DNA of 60,974 nt, the filler included, from Catajapyx aquilonaris (Eukaryota): assembly GCA_000934665.2 (NCBI GenBank). It is 4 parts of 4 records of this genome, joined end to end, with 100 filler letters (N's around TTAATTAATTAA, not from the genome) between each part and the next. Parts side by side here need not be neighbours in the genome. Positions count along the whole stretch, not along the records: positions 1 to 15,187 come from JYFJ02007580.1; positions 15,288 to 30,454 come from JYFJ02007581.1; 2 more parts are not named here. One strand, given 5' to 3'. A model generated the notes under the pieces. The model worked only from the letters and a program-made list of their open reading frames with translations, did no database searches and was not told the origin of the DNA. Positions 12,603-24,846 of the stretch are shown here, one piece after another. Within the stretch, counting starts at the first letter, position 1. Each line of letters begins with the position of its first letter. Made by a program: the position numbers and the translations under genes.

Positions 12603-14730
12603 TGTACGGGTTTCGCCGAGACTGGAGGGTTAAATCAGTGCCGGATTTACTTGGGGGGGGGGGGGGTCCCAGTCCGGAGCTCACTTCCCCCACAGGAGGT
12701 TGAAGGGCGAAAATTTCGGGACGAGAAAGGGACAAATTTTCACGGGGGTACCTTCCAGGTACGCAAGAACAATACACAGGCGTTCCTTTTACTCACGTTT
12801 ATTTCACCTAGTTTCTGCGATACAGGGGAGTCAACCAACACACGTCTGCTCTTCGTCGTCCCTTCTCTCCATCTCCTCTCTTTTCCCTGCCTCCCCGCTA
12901 GGCGGCTCCCCCCACGGCCACCGACTGCCCCTTTTCCAGGGGAGCCAACCTATAGGGGAGGCGCGGACAATACAAACACGCCTGCACACGATACAAACCC
13001 TGCCACATAGACATAGCCCCCTCCTCCAGCCTCGCGACCAGGAGTAGCGAAAACAACCATTTTTTCTTCTTCTTTTTTTTTTAAATACACAAGAGTACCG
13101 AAAACGCCAAGGGGGGGGGGAGGGGGGGTTTTGGGCGGACCAATCCAAGGATGGGTAGGCACGCAGAGAAATAACGGAAAGTCCAGGCGAAAAGGGGTAG
13201 CAGCACGGTCACAGTCCAAGCAACTTGCACTAGGGACGATTCCGCCGGTCCAAGAACCGGGCTCCATGAAGTACGGGCGCGCCGAGACACCCCGGCGAAC
13301 CAAACCAAGGGCCGCCACCAACTAGAGCCGAGAGTCCCCAAACAGCCCAAAGGCGCGCTCATACCAGCGGAACCACCAATCAGCCATAACTGCGGCGGTC
13401 CGAGGCAGCGCCCCAGGCGGAAAGGGGGAGCGGAGACGGCGAGGACCGCACGCTGGACAGCCCCTCCTAGGAGCGGCGTCCACCCACAGCTCCTTGATTC
13501 ACCAGACCTCACTCTCACAGTACTGCACGTGTCTCCACACACGAGCCAAACCCGGAAGGGAAAAGAGGAAAATAGCAAGAGTGGGGGGGAGGGGGTCAGG
13601 AGGAAATCTCAGTTTAAGGATAAAGAGGGCGGGGGGTGCCCTCTGCGCCCCGGTACCGAACCAAATGCACTAACGAACACAACTACATGAACTAACGATA
13701 TCGAGAGGCAAGATGCGAAAAACAAAACGGTGAACACTCACTCAACGACATACAAAGAGAGAGAGAAGAAAAGGGGGGGGGGGGGGGGTNTGCACCTCCA
13801 TTGTTGCCTCCTCCGGCGGAACGGCCGCCAGCAACTCCTCCATCTTGGAGACGAGATCCTGGGAAGCGACCAGGCTAGCCCGAGCCACCTCCACGTTTTC
13901 CTTGAGGGACGCCGGAACGGGCCTGGCCTCAGTGGCGGGGGGAGCGGGCTGGACGACCACCTCCGGAGTCTTCGGATTTTTTGCCCCTTCTAGTTCATAA
14001 GCTGGAGGCGGGGTCCAGTCTTCCTTCCGCGGCGGAAGAGGGCGCGTCGAGCCAATCCTATAGGCAGCTTACTGGGTCCCAGCAATCTGGGCTCGGGCAC
14101 GGGAGACCTGTCAGGCCACGAAGCCCAAGGGTGGTCCGAGTGCCACAGGTAGGTCCCAACTGACCCCCAATCAACCTCTTGACCGAAGGAAGGCGCCGGG
14201 TACTGTACCCCAATGGTACGAGGTCCAGAGGGAGGGACCACCGACGAAACCTTGCGCTTGCGGCTGGGGGGGGGGGGCACCACCTCCACGGCTGCGGGCG
14301 GACGACGACCCAGCGCCATGCCCAGGTTGTTTGGGAGCCATGCTAGAGAACGACCGAAAGAGACCAGGGTTGCACTCCAAAGTGCCGGCCAGCTCCACTA
14401 ACCCACAGGTCCCCCACAGCCCTCCTCCCAAAGCATCGCCCCCTACTTTCTCCTGCTGACGAACCTTTTGAGGTCGTCAACATGAGTCAGGACTTTCTCC
14501 ACCTTCCCCTCCAAAGAGGCAAGCCGGTAAGTCACAGGCGACACATGCTCCGCAACCTTAAAAGGTCCGGCGTACTTTCCTAACAAGGAATGTACCACCC
14601 CTTTTCCCGCGTCCGACAACAACCGGTTCTTCCTTAGAACCAACTGGCCAACTGGGAAATGCACGTGTCTGCGACCTTTGTTAAAGCGCCGCATGTGGTT
14701 GTCGCGTGCCTGCTTCAAGTTTTGCCTGAC
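12603..14730 (-). mobile_element. 3' portion of a Ty3/Gypsy LTR retrotransposon (integrase end, 3' region, PPT, 3' LTR ~12603-13013)
   Basis: Integrase C-terminus at 14443-14730. On the minus strand a PPT (GGAGGAGGGGGC) is followed by TGT at ~13013, with AATAAA inside the LTR (~12798-12803) and an ACA end at 12603. Confidence 0.75.
14443..14730 (-). pseudogene. Gypsy pol fragment: integrase C-terminal GPY/F region
   Basis: VRQNLKQARDNHMRRFNKGRR..FPVGQLVLRKN..LLGKYAGPFKVAEHVSPVTYRL..HVDDLKRF; truncated upstream by another LTR. Confidence 0.88.
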
Positions 14731-15187
14731 TGTCATATATTTCTAACCCTGTTCTCCCCTGTGTACTGACCCATACACTCCCGCCTCCTGGCGGGAGCAG
14801 GAAATAAAAGGCAGTCTAGTGAAAGCCAGCGATGTGTGCAGACGTTGATTTGCTTGCTCCCTCCCCCTACGTTCCTGCCCGGATCTGTGACCACCCCGGA
14901 TCACATATACGACATACTGGCGACGAGGACGGGATAACTGTCAAGGATCAAGGCACAAGACAGGTAGGGAGCGGGGCCCAGCATTCGACACGCGCTAGGC
15001 CTAGTACTCTCAGCGACCATTGTGGGCTTCAGCAGTTCTGATAGTGCCCGCTAGATGACACTCTCACTCTCTTCTGGACTGCAAATCACTACCTGACGAC
15101 AGTGAGATGAACAATCAGGAAGAGGCCGATGCTGTAGCTGCGGTTGCCGCACGGGCCGCACGGGCCGCACAAGTGCAGCGGGGCAAG
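14731..15187 (+). mobile_element. 5' end of a second LTR retrotransposon (184-bp LTR + PBS) nested in the Gypsy integrase
   Basis: LTR 14731-14914 with ends TGTCATATAT...ATATACGACA and internal AATAAA. PBS TGGCGACGAGGACGGGAT at 14918 resembles the complement of the tRNA-Ser(GCU) 3' end. Runs into a gap. Confidence 0.8.
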
Positions 15188-15287
15188 NNNNNNNNNNNNN
15201 NNNNNNNNNNNNNNNNNNNNNNNNNNNNNNNTTAATTAATTAANNNNNNNNNNNNNNNNNNNNNNNNNNNNNNNNNNNNNNNNNNNN
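15188..15287. other. Artificial 100-nt assembly spacer (N44-TTAATTAATTAA-N44)
   Basis: The identical construct occurs three times; the core has stops in all six frames. Confidence 0.95.
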
Positions 15288-15347
15288 AATTATTATTAGA
15301 AAATGCTGATATTATACTATAGTAAGCCAATGGATACAACAGACAAA

Positions 15348-15382
<35 letters not shown>

Positions 15383-15386
<4 letters not shown>

Positions 15387-15665
15387 CGAAGCAGGTTGGT
15401 GTAGTGGATATGGAGTCCGCCTGCTAATCGGGAGGTCCTGGGTTCGAGGTTCGAATCCCGGTGCCGGCAACTCTGACCGTGGTTTTCTGTGGTTTCCCAC
15501 GGTTCCTCCAGGTGAATACCGGAGTTGTTTCCTAGTTAATAGGCCACAGCCGCTTCCTTCCATCCCTATCCCGTCCCAAAAAGCGAAATAAAGTTTACAA
15601 GAGTTCCAGCCAAAAAAACAAATCTCCCCCCTAAAAAGCCAGAACGGCTTCAATGGGGTATGATA

Positions 15666-15690
<25 letters not shown>
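15383..15690 (+). mobile_element. tRNA-derived SINE with (ATT)n tail
   Basis: A box (tggtgtagtgg) and B box (ggttcgaatcc). Near-identical inverted copy at 59312-59605 and a partial related copy at ~60915-60974. Confidence 0.88.
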
Positions 15691-15696
<6 letters not shown>

Positions 15697-15870
15697 TGTT
15701 GTCGTTATTATTATTATTATAAATAATATTGTACTTGTGTTCAGAATATTGTATTGGGGAAGCTCTCTCCGCCCTAAGGGGTAACCCCCTGGCGCAATAA
15801 ATTATTATTATTATTATTATTACTCGTCGAGGTTTTGCACGACGTGCAAGCCATATCATATCTGTAACAA

Positions 15871-16217
15871 TCAATCAATCAATCAATTTATGTAACCTCC
15901 CTATTTTAATGTATGGGGAGGGACCCAACTCTTTTCATCTGTCACCATATTATTTATATAAAAAAACATTTGCAAGGTGGAGAGCAAGACATGATGAATT
16001 AATGTTCAGTTGATGTTACAAGATTTTCTTGTGCCGTTCGGCCACGTACATCAAATACAGGGAGATCGCCTTCTGTTGTATAATCGTGGGCTCATGGATG
16101 ATGTGCCAAATATTATCACTATACAGTATTATTCGAATAAATTATAACTTGTACCTCCCTCCCAGGAGTATAGGACATTCACTGAGGATGTGGACCCAGT
16201 CGTTTTCCTCTCCCGCC
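15871..16217 (-). mobile_element. 5'-truncated LINE 3' end
   Basis: 16-bp TSD ATCATATCTGTAACAA (15855-15870 / 16218-16233); (TTGA)n tail; minus-strand peptide GEENDWVHILSECP resembles the ORF2 C-terminal CCHC knuckle. Confidence 0.75.
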
Positions 16218-16240
16218 ATCATATCTGTAACAAATTAATA

Positions 16241-16883
16241 TCACAAAAAACAATCCCTATGGAATTGTAAAAAAAGGAAAGTAAGATCTAAGTGACGGAT
16301 AGAAATTACTGAAACAAGACTGGGCTGCGTAAGATCTTCACCATATGGGTAAATGTAACCCAGAGATCTTACTTCCGCATTTAACGTTTTACAAGATGGT
16401 GTTGATCAAGTCATCTTTGTACTGGGTGTTAGTATTAGTGATTGCAGGGCTGAGAATATTATTCCCAAGGATTTATAGGCTGGTGTTTTGAATGATGATT
16501 GGTTAAATACTTATGACTTGCTAATAGTAAGTGATTACTTGTCTGGTTGGTTGGAGATTGGTTGTTCGGAGGGTTGATTTTTTCTTTGTTGTTCCATTGA
16601 TTAAATGAGGGGCTGGTTGGTTTATTTATTCATTGGTTAATCGATTAGTTGGGGGGCTAGGATGTTAATTGGTTAACAGAATGGTTTATTAGACTCTGGA
16701 TCACTCTGGACAATTTCTAACCTGACATCTTGTAAAACGTTAAATGCGGAAGTAAGATCTCTGGGTTACATTTACCCATATGGTGAAGATCTTACGCAGC
16801 CCAGTCTTGTTTCAGTAATTTCTATCCGTCACTTAGATCTTACTTTCCTTTTTTTACAATTCCATAGGGATTGTTTTTTGTGA
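16241..16883. mobile_element. MITE with ~160-bp near-perfect TIRs
   Basis: tcacaaaaaacaatccctatggaattg...caattccatagggattgttttttgtga with TA flanks; TIRs related to those of 28397-29253. Confidence 0.85.
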
Positions 16884-17092
16884 TAATTGCAGTTATTTTT
16901 TGACAAAGCAATATGAACAATTAGTTATACCAAGTCTTGGTTATACTCATTAATGTATTCATGTTTAGAAGAGATGCAAATTGTATTAGTTGTGTATGAT
17001 TTTAACAATTTTATAATGTTTTGAAAATGGGAATAAATAATTTGCTTACGTATCAAATATTTTATTTGGAAACTAAGAAGGATGGGGTTGTA

Positions 17093-18896
17093 TCAGCCTT
17101 CAGAGAGGTATAGGAGAAATATGCAGACTGCGTCCCTAATCATTCTCCTCGGATCCGAAGTAGTGGTCATCTGCTGGTCGTTAAAGTGTAGCCAACTACC
17201 TTCACCCTTCACTAAAGCAGTGTAGTGGTTGTAATTCATTGAGCCTCCATTGTGTAATAGGATTGCACTGCTTTTGAATTGCTTTAATCCAATTGATATA
17301 TGGTCACTTAGGTCGAAATCTGTTATGCTGGCTTCCGACCTTCCCCCTCCACTTTCAAGGTGCAGGATGAGGCAACCTTGTACGTTACTTAAAATGCAGG
17401 TCTTGGCAGCTACCCCAGTGCGCTTACAAGACGGGCATGGTACTCCTTCGTCCCTCTGCTGCAACAGGACGAAGAGAGACACACTCTCTCTCGGCACGAT
17501 CAGAGAGAGATACCGCCGAGTTTCCTCTGCCCCTTTCCATCTGGCGTGGCAGAAGGAACACTCATATTCATCGTGGCATCGGTGAGTGCCCCAGTCTCTT
17601 AGGTATAGGTACAGGCAAATCTTCGATCAGGAATTCGATGAACTCTAAAGAGTCTTGCTGTTTCTCCCCGTCGAATCCTCTACCCAGAGCTCTTCTGACC
17701 CCGAATGACGAGGGAGCGACGACGTCATTAGTGGCCGGTGCCGTTGTGTTGGATACTCTCCTCTTCGCAGGGGAACGCTGAGAAGGTCGGTGTTGTGCGA
17801 GAGCTGTTTTTAGGGCCCTTAAAGCGCTGCTGCTTCCCTTCGAGGCCGAGATTCTTGTCCTGAGGTCTTTCTGCGCGAAGAGACATACCAAGGCAGCGTT
17901 GGCATAGCAAGAAACATTTTGACTAGGATTGTCGAACCCCATAAGTGATATTTCTGATGCGGAGGAGACTGCATGTGGCCGCTTCGTTGTTTTCCTGGGT
18001 AAGAGCAATGGAGGAGAGCAATGGAGTCTATTGTGTTCCCTCACACAGCTCACGTCGGCCTTGATGCAACGTTCATCTAGGCGAAGGATGTATAGTCTGT
18101 CCAGCGCCTGGACTCTCGAGAGCGCGACGTACGCCATTCCTCTTGCGAACACGGACTTGCTGAGGTCCACCAAAGCGGAATCCAGAGTGAGCCCCTGAGA
18201 TTTTGTGGATGGTGATGGCGTATGCTAGTATCAGTGGAAAGTGTTTCCTCTCCGCGTATATGTTGGAGCCGAGCTCGAACTTGACAACACATCTGCAGAT
18301 CGACTTTTCGTCGTTTGGGATGTTGTCAAAGTTGATCTTGACTGACGAGATGCGGCGGTTATTCTCTATCCTCCAGCCAGACACGGTGCACATTGCGCCG
18401 TTCACCAGTCCTTCCTGCACGTCGATGTTGCGTCGCACCATGACGCGGCATCCAACTCCCAGGATGAGGACAGTTTCGAGGCCGGCCGTACGCGAGGCTT
18501 CCTCTCGCAGACTCTCTAGGTGCTTGCTTCCCCTCTTCCAGCCAGCCTTGTTGCCTGCTGTGAGCTTGTCCTCTGCCTCCAGAAGGACAGTATCCAGGCA
18601 CGACGCACGAAGTATATGGTCGTTGAACTCGTGGCACATGTAGTTGGTTGGGAGGAGGCACACGGGATTCAATCCTTCTGCCTTGCACCCGCTGTAGATG
18701 CTGACGCATGCTTCGTTGTTGTCTTTGGATGCCAGCGTGGTGCGGACCCTGCTTGCCAAGAGATGGAGGGTTGACTCGGAAACTATAGGCCCACTCGCAC
18801 CTCGGCCAGAAGATGCTGGTAGACGGCCTGCTTCTTATGAATAACCTCCTGATTCTTGTTGTTGTACCGAGTTTTTCGGCTCGACTTACCGGACAT
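17093..18896 (-). pseudogene. Frameshifted PIF1-family helicase C-terminal half fused to a USP (peptidase C19) domain
   Basis: Helicase motifs LLAEVRVG, LLPTN, LGVGCRVMVRRNIDVQEGLVNGA, FPLILAYAITIHK/SQGLTLD, FARGMAYVALSRV. In the same frame follow the USP Cys box GFDNPSQNVSCYANAAL and QQDSLEF; after a frameshift, CxxC..CxxC and the His box LLHNGGSMNYNHYTALVK..WLHFND. Frameshifts at ~18787, ~18200 and ~17590. Confidence 0.85.
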
Positions 18897-21800
18897 GAAT
18901 ATAAGATGTCACATGATAGGAAGAAATCACACGTTCCAATTCGTAATGTCTGTTGAGCAGTTGAGGTTAATTTTTATGCTTCGGCCTCTATAGCAATCAG
19001 TTGTGTCAGTTCTATAGAAACGAAATGGTGTGGGTTGCGCGAGGCATTTGTTGATATGAGTTACGTGGCAATTAGAAAATAAAATTCATTTCATTTCATT
19101 GATTTTTTATTTAATTTTTTATTTAATTTTTTAATTGGCTGTGAGATGAAATCGGATAATTTGCATAGAGGTTAGGGGGATAAACTGGTGCAGTACGGAG
19201 GTATGTTCAAAACTTGAAGTCTCTGTGTGCAAGGATAAGGCCTGTAGAGCTCGGCACAAAATCGTCCCAACAAGGCAAAAAATTTAATTGTTGGAAAACT
19301 ACCTGACGATCTTACTTATAGGGACTATCGTCCCTACAATGTTAGCTTATATTAACCAGCCACCTGACTTTACACGTGAATATTACCAACATTGTGAGGG
19401 GTCTGCGATCAAAATCAACCAAGATCACCAATTGGGGGTCTAAAACAAGCAAACACGTGCAGCAATTATGTACCAATCCGAGACGTCACTAAAAACTAGA
19501 TTTTACATTCAGAACGTGTCCTTTTTCCCCAGTTACGCAACACCATATGTGACACTCCGAAGAATCATATGCACTTACCCCATATTGGTATGACACACTG
19601 AGTTTCACCTGCCACGTATGACTCACTGACTTCGATCCATGGACATACTCATTTAATAAAATCCACCCTATACCACCCACCTAGCATTGCTACTAAAATA
19701 GTGCGTAACTCACCCTCTGGTGGCCAGTACACAACCCCCGGCTTCTGTGTATGTTGGGTACTTGTCTCTTATGAATAAATTGGCCTCTAGGACCACCCTG
19801 CACTGGATCGATGGAAACGCGAGGTCCATATGTCACCTGACCCCCAACATGAAAAATTCACAATTCGATTGTGCTTCATGTTATGATTAATAAAGTTTCG
19901 TTTGTACCGTTTGTGCTTCATTAATTACTTAGATTATCCCCCATCAAAGTTGGGGGGATGTGTTGTAAACGTAACTTTCATGCATGCAAGTCACTGTAAT
20001 GTAAGATCATTACACTATAAGACTATAATTATACGCTTCTCTGATGGGTATACTTTCTGCATTAACATTCTCAGATTTGTCATGTTGGTGCCGGTAATAA
20101 TGGGATACGTTGTATGTACCTAGCGTCATTGACCATTGTAGGCTACTTCGTTTACTTGCGTCATATTTTTAAAATTTGAAATTATTTAATCCAAGTGTCA
20201 GTGTTGTTTTAAGGGTTGTGTATAAACTTAAAAGCCATTAGGTGTCATTAAAAATATGCAATTATATTATTATGCCGTTATTCTACAAATAATTGGCATT
20301 CGTGGCATATACTTGAATGAGAAGCGCACGAAAACGTCAGCTCTGATTGTTGCCTCGAAATGGTGTTTTTCTTAGTGGTTTCGGTAAAGAGGTCCGTAGA
20401 AGTGAAACCTTATGGCCCCCCTCCCTCTCCCCCTATAGAAGTGAAATGTGTGAACGGGTCAGAGGTCACCAGGTGATGACCCGACGTCCGCTCATTAGCT
20501 GTGATCATGGTAGAGCAGGAGTGAAGAGAGGNNNNNNGGGGGGGGGGGGGTGTTGTTCCAACCGAGAAACTGGATTAAAACAGAGACAAAAACTTCTGCA
20601 CTCTTTCTCCTCGTTGCTCTCTTGCTCTTCTTGATCACCCTGATGGCCCTTGGGTTAAAGGTACGGATTCTACTGGGATGGTGTGTAAAGGTTTCCGGTA
20701 CGGTCAGAAAAAGACTTTTCACTCTCTTCAAGGTAGCCAACCATCAATTACGGGCCTCTGGCGCGAAAACGGGCGTGGCGCCGTATCTGAATTTGAAGAT
20801 GGTCTCAGGGACATTTGTACCAAATTTCAATATTTCATGTTCTCCTCACCTAATGCACGGTTTAGTCCCTTACGTCCTGACCATGGTCCTGACTGAGGAT
20901 TGTGATGCAATATGTACGTACTCCGTACTAGTGTAGCAAGCTCACCGTAAAAGAAATGTGCGCAATATTATTTAAGCCATGCACTATGTCACGCATTATG
21001 ACGACTACACGTAATCAGTAACGAATATGTGCGTAATGTCACTAGGACAATGTGTGTCCATAGTCTAAATCTGTTATAGAATCATGTATGTGAAAAGCAG
21101 ATATTATAGTCATGGCTGCACAACTGTATTTGGATTTGTATTGTGGGAGGAAACGTCACAGAATTGGCAAGAAAACCAATCGTAACTCTTTCTACAAGAC
21201 AAGAGAAATAATAAGCCGTGTGTTTTATTATGTACTGTAATGGCATCACATTTCGCCATTAACTTACCAAGATAATAATTTTCCTGTCATACCGTTACCA
21301 CCGATTTTTGCAATAATTATTATCCTGTTAAAACCTTTGAATTATAAAAATGTTATACGCGTAAACATACTTCCCATTATCACTTTCATAATTTTACACA
21401 TTGCAAGTAGCGATAGATGTGCCATTAGAGTTGTCATTACTTCAACAGATGAACCATTATAATTACGCCATTACCCGAATTCGAGGGTCATACCGTTAAT
21501 TAACCTTTGACTATTATAATTATAATTACACTGGATTATCAGTCACCAAACCAGCTCTAAATAAAATATAATATTCTATACACGTCCTATATATAGTGGT
21601 CATTGAATGGCCTTACAAACTATCTGGCCCAAAGAAACCTATACAAAGTTCCCAGTTATACGTAACATGCTCTCGATTTGTCCAAGTCATTGGTAAAATA
21701 AAACAGATCTGTCAGAAATGTCGCTGTGGCGCATTTGAATCGTTTTGAATTGCATCGTCCTTCGACATTTCACCCAGCAAATCGATGCAAATTGGTGACT

Positions 21801-22765
21801 GTTTGCCTCGATTAGATGCAGATCAGATTGGATCAGGATTCGATCTCATTCGTCGGGAAATGGACTGATAGAAAATAATGCTATTCAGTACCGTATATGA
21901 GGAATGTAAAATTGCTACTGCTTCTGTCGCTGGCATACCACGATTAAAAGTACCGTACGTCAGTGGTATATACGGGTTTTAAAACAGCCACCATATGAAT
22001 TTCATGGTATTCGAATTAAAATATAATTAACGCACGTGTAAAATAATTGCTTCTGTGAGCGAAAGAGGTATTAGTAATAGTACTATATTAGGGCCTTTCT
22101 GAAAATAGTTACAATAATATTATAGCTAACATAATATTGAGCGAAAGACTTTCTCAAAATCATCATTACTCGTATTTGTGATGAACATTATTTTCTTGTT
22201 TTGATAATTACATCCCACTCATAATACTGTATTACTTTTAACTTGAACCTTGCAATATCTTGAGCATTTAAAAAAATTACAGTTAGAATTCCTTTCAATA
22301 TCATTTTACCAAACAATGAATGCTGAACAATAGACTGAACTGCACATCTGCACTGGATACAAGACTGGATGTGTTATGCCATGCTACTTGTATACAGTAC
22401 GTAAATACTATAATAATATGCTGTCAGCTGGAGTCATATACGAGTATATCGTCTCCCGAAATCTACCTTACCGAAACTGTGGCCTTCAAGCTGATAGATT
22501 CTTGGCCAAGTAGCAGCTCGCTGGCAAACATAATTTTCCGTGTTTTGAGGCAGCAATTTCGGTTTATACGCCTATTGCCCGCCTAATAAATATTACAAAA
22601 GGTATTGTAGTTCAAGGGCCGTATCTTTGAACTAAAATACAAGAGACAAAGCGGTGGCCCATTATTGCGACCTTCAGCAAGAGAATTTTGTGATATGTAA
22701 AAGGACATAGCGAAAGGCCACCACATCAGAGGTTCTCTGGAGCTGTCTTTGTCACACGTCGCGAC

Positions 22766-24846
22766 ATGAAGCTGGCCATTCTTCAACTGCTTCTGGGAAT
22801 ACCACTGTTGGCAACGGGATTGCCGATTGTCACCAATCAGGCCAATGACAAGGCGACTGGACTGGTGTCATCCCTGGTCCAGCAAATCCATGGCGAGAAG
22901 AAGGACTGCCTCCTTGTGCTGGGCCACGACTACGAGAAGCTGCCCTGGGAGATGAGGTCTCTGTTGCAGCAAGTGTCCGACCAGGGAGGGGCCTCCGCGT
23001 CCATCCGGTGGACACGGGACACTCCTGCCCCGAAACCCAACACTGGAGGACAGGAAGGAGGCTTCGAGTACTGGTTCTCCTGGCTGGAGAGACCAACGTC
23101 CAGGTTCATCAGCACCTGCTCTCTCTTCCTCTTCGCCTACCACCAACCCAATCTGATGCCCCTGGTCAAATACGTCGCCAGCTTGGTCCGGATGAACCCC
23201 AGGTATGACCGGTTCGTCTTCTTCAGCCCTGATTCAGACGTGGACGATGCACTGACCAACACTGAACTGGACTTTCGCTTCAAGATGGGGCTCGCCTACG
23301 ACCCAGCCTCGCAATACCTGGACATCGAAAACCTGTGCCAATTTTGCGACAAGGGCAAGGCCAAAGTCATGGGACGAGGGAGGTACCCTGGTCACGAGGT
23401 TCCGGATGAGTTTTGCCCTGACTACACCAAAGATCTGCATGGTGTGCATCTGAACATTTCGTTTCCATTGGAAGCAACCAGGGAAGACGTCAGGTTCATG
23501 GTACAGGAAAGCCAAGCAGTTGTTCCATACTTGACTTGCTTTTTGGCAGTCGGCGACCTCCTCAACTATGACTGGCATCTGGATAATTATCCTGAACCAG
23601 AAGGCACGCCCGTCATGCGACCGGACGGGAACTACACCGGCATGGCCGGACCCCTTCAGAGGAAAGAGGTTATGTTGTCTGGGTTATACTGCTTAAGCGA
23701 GGCAGCCCAGGTGGTAGACTTCCCCACCTGCTTTTACCTGGCCTTCAACACCTACGCCATCCGAACCCCGAGACACCAGTTCTCCTGGACAGCCGTCTTC
23801 AAGCCGTACACCACGGGGATGTGGGCCGTCCTCTTCGTCACGGGCCTTGTGGTCAGCCTGGGTTTCTACCTGATGCTGAAGGTATCTCGATCCATTGGCA
23901 ATCCTTTTCCTGATGGCCAGCGACACCCTGCGTATCTGAGCCTGTATTCATTGAGGTAGGCCTAATTGATTTCCTTAATTTCCTTTGTTTTTAATTATCT
24001 CTATTTATTGCTGTTGTTATGTCCTCCTACAGGTTCGCCTTTTCTGCTCTGATCGAAGAGAATCCCAACCTCATCCCGACGGCCACTCCTGTTCGCGTGC
24101 TGATATGTGTCTGGGCCCTGGTGTGTGACATCCTGGTTTGCGGATACGAGGCCAAGTTCTTTGCCTTTCTGGTGTCCCCTGAAGAGGAGAAGCTGCCAAT
24201 GAGCATGCAGGAGCTGGCTGCGACTCCGGGATGGGTGTGGGGGTCCATGGATATCGGAAATGAGTTTCTTTCCAGGACGCTCTCTCTGTCAGAAATTGGC
24301 TACCACACAGAGCTACAGGCGGGGATGCAGTTGGGCGCTGGGATGATCGAGTGTGTCCAGAGGGCGATGCAAGAGAACTTTGCCTGCTTCTCTGTTGATG
24401 TCCTTCTGAGTGCCATGAGTGTTCAGCAAATGGATCTGGACGGAATAATACCTGCCCAAATCATCCATGACACGTCCCTGACAGGCCTTGCTGGTTACGG
24501 CACCCCCAAGTATTCAGTCCTGGAGCATTCCTTTAGAAGATTCGAGTACAATTTCGATAAGGCCGGGTTGTTCATATATTACTTCTCTATTTTTGAATAT
24601 TACTTGAAGTTGCTCTCCCTGAGATCGGCCCGAAAGAAAAATCTGTTTTACAAGACCTCCATGGCTCTGAATATCAGTCAGTTAAAAACCCCTTTGGTGG
24701 CACATTGCGCAATCATGACCTTTTCTCTCGTGGCTTTCATTTGCGAGCTCTTGAAATTCAGATACAGCAAAAGAAAGGAAGTCGCGAACACCTCACTGGA
24801 ATTAATGAGATCTGATAATTCGAAAGCTGCTGCCGGTACTTCATAA
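22766..24846 (+). CDS. Divergent ionotropic receptor (IR; variant iGluR chemoreceptor), 667 aa, exons 22766-23955 and 24033-24846
   Basis: Signal peptide; S1 (G.YTGMAGPL..KE..VVDF); M1; pore segment FAFSALIEE; M2 with GYEAKFFAFLVSP (SYTANLAAFL equivalent); S2; M3 ending AFICELL. A 77-nt GT-AG intron (23956-24032) joins the two ORFs in frame. Confidence 0.92.

Larger units (their letters stand above)
15821..19340 (-). mobile_element. Internally deleted Helitron/Helentron-like rolling-circle element (boundaries tentative)
   Basis: Contains a PIF1 helicase remnant. Candidate ends: ACTCGTCGAGG plus hairpin TTGCAC-GAC-GTGCAA (15822-15849), and CCTGACGAT plus hairpin TAGGGAC-TATC-GTCCCTA (19302-19336). 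Confidence 0.5.

Noticed and set aside
15232..15243. TTAATTAATTAA as a biological motif (piggyBac target or homeodomain site)
   Set aside because: Centred in identical N blocks three times; an assembly linker.
17093..18896. Host PIF1 or host USP gene
   Set aside because: Intronless, frameshifted, lacks the N-terminal helicase half and is embedded in repeats; a mobile-element origin fits better.
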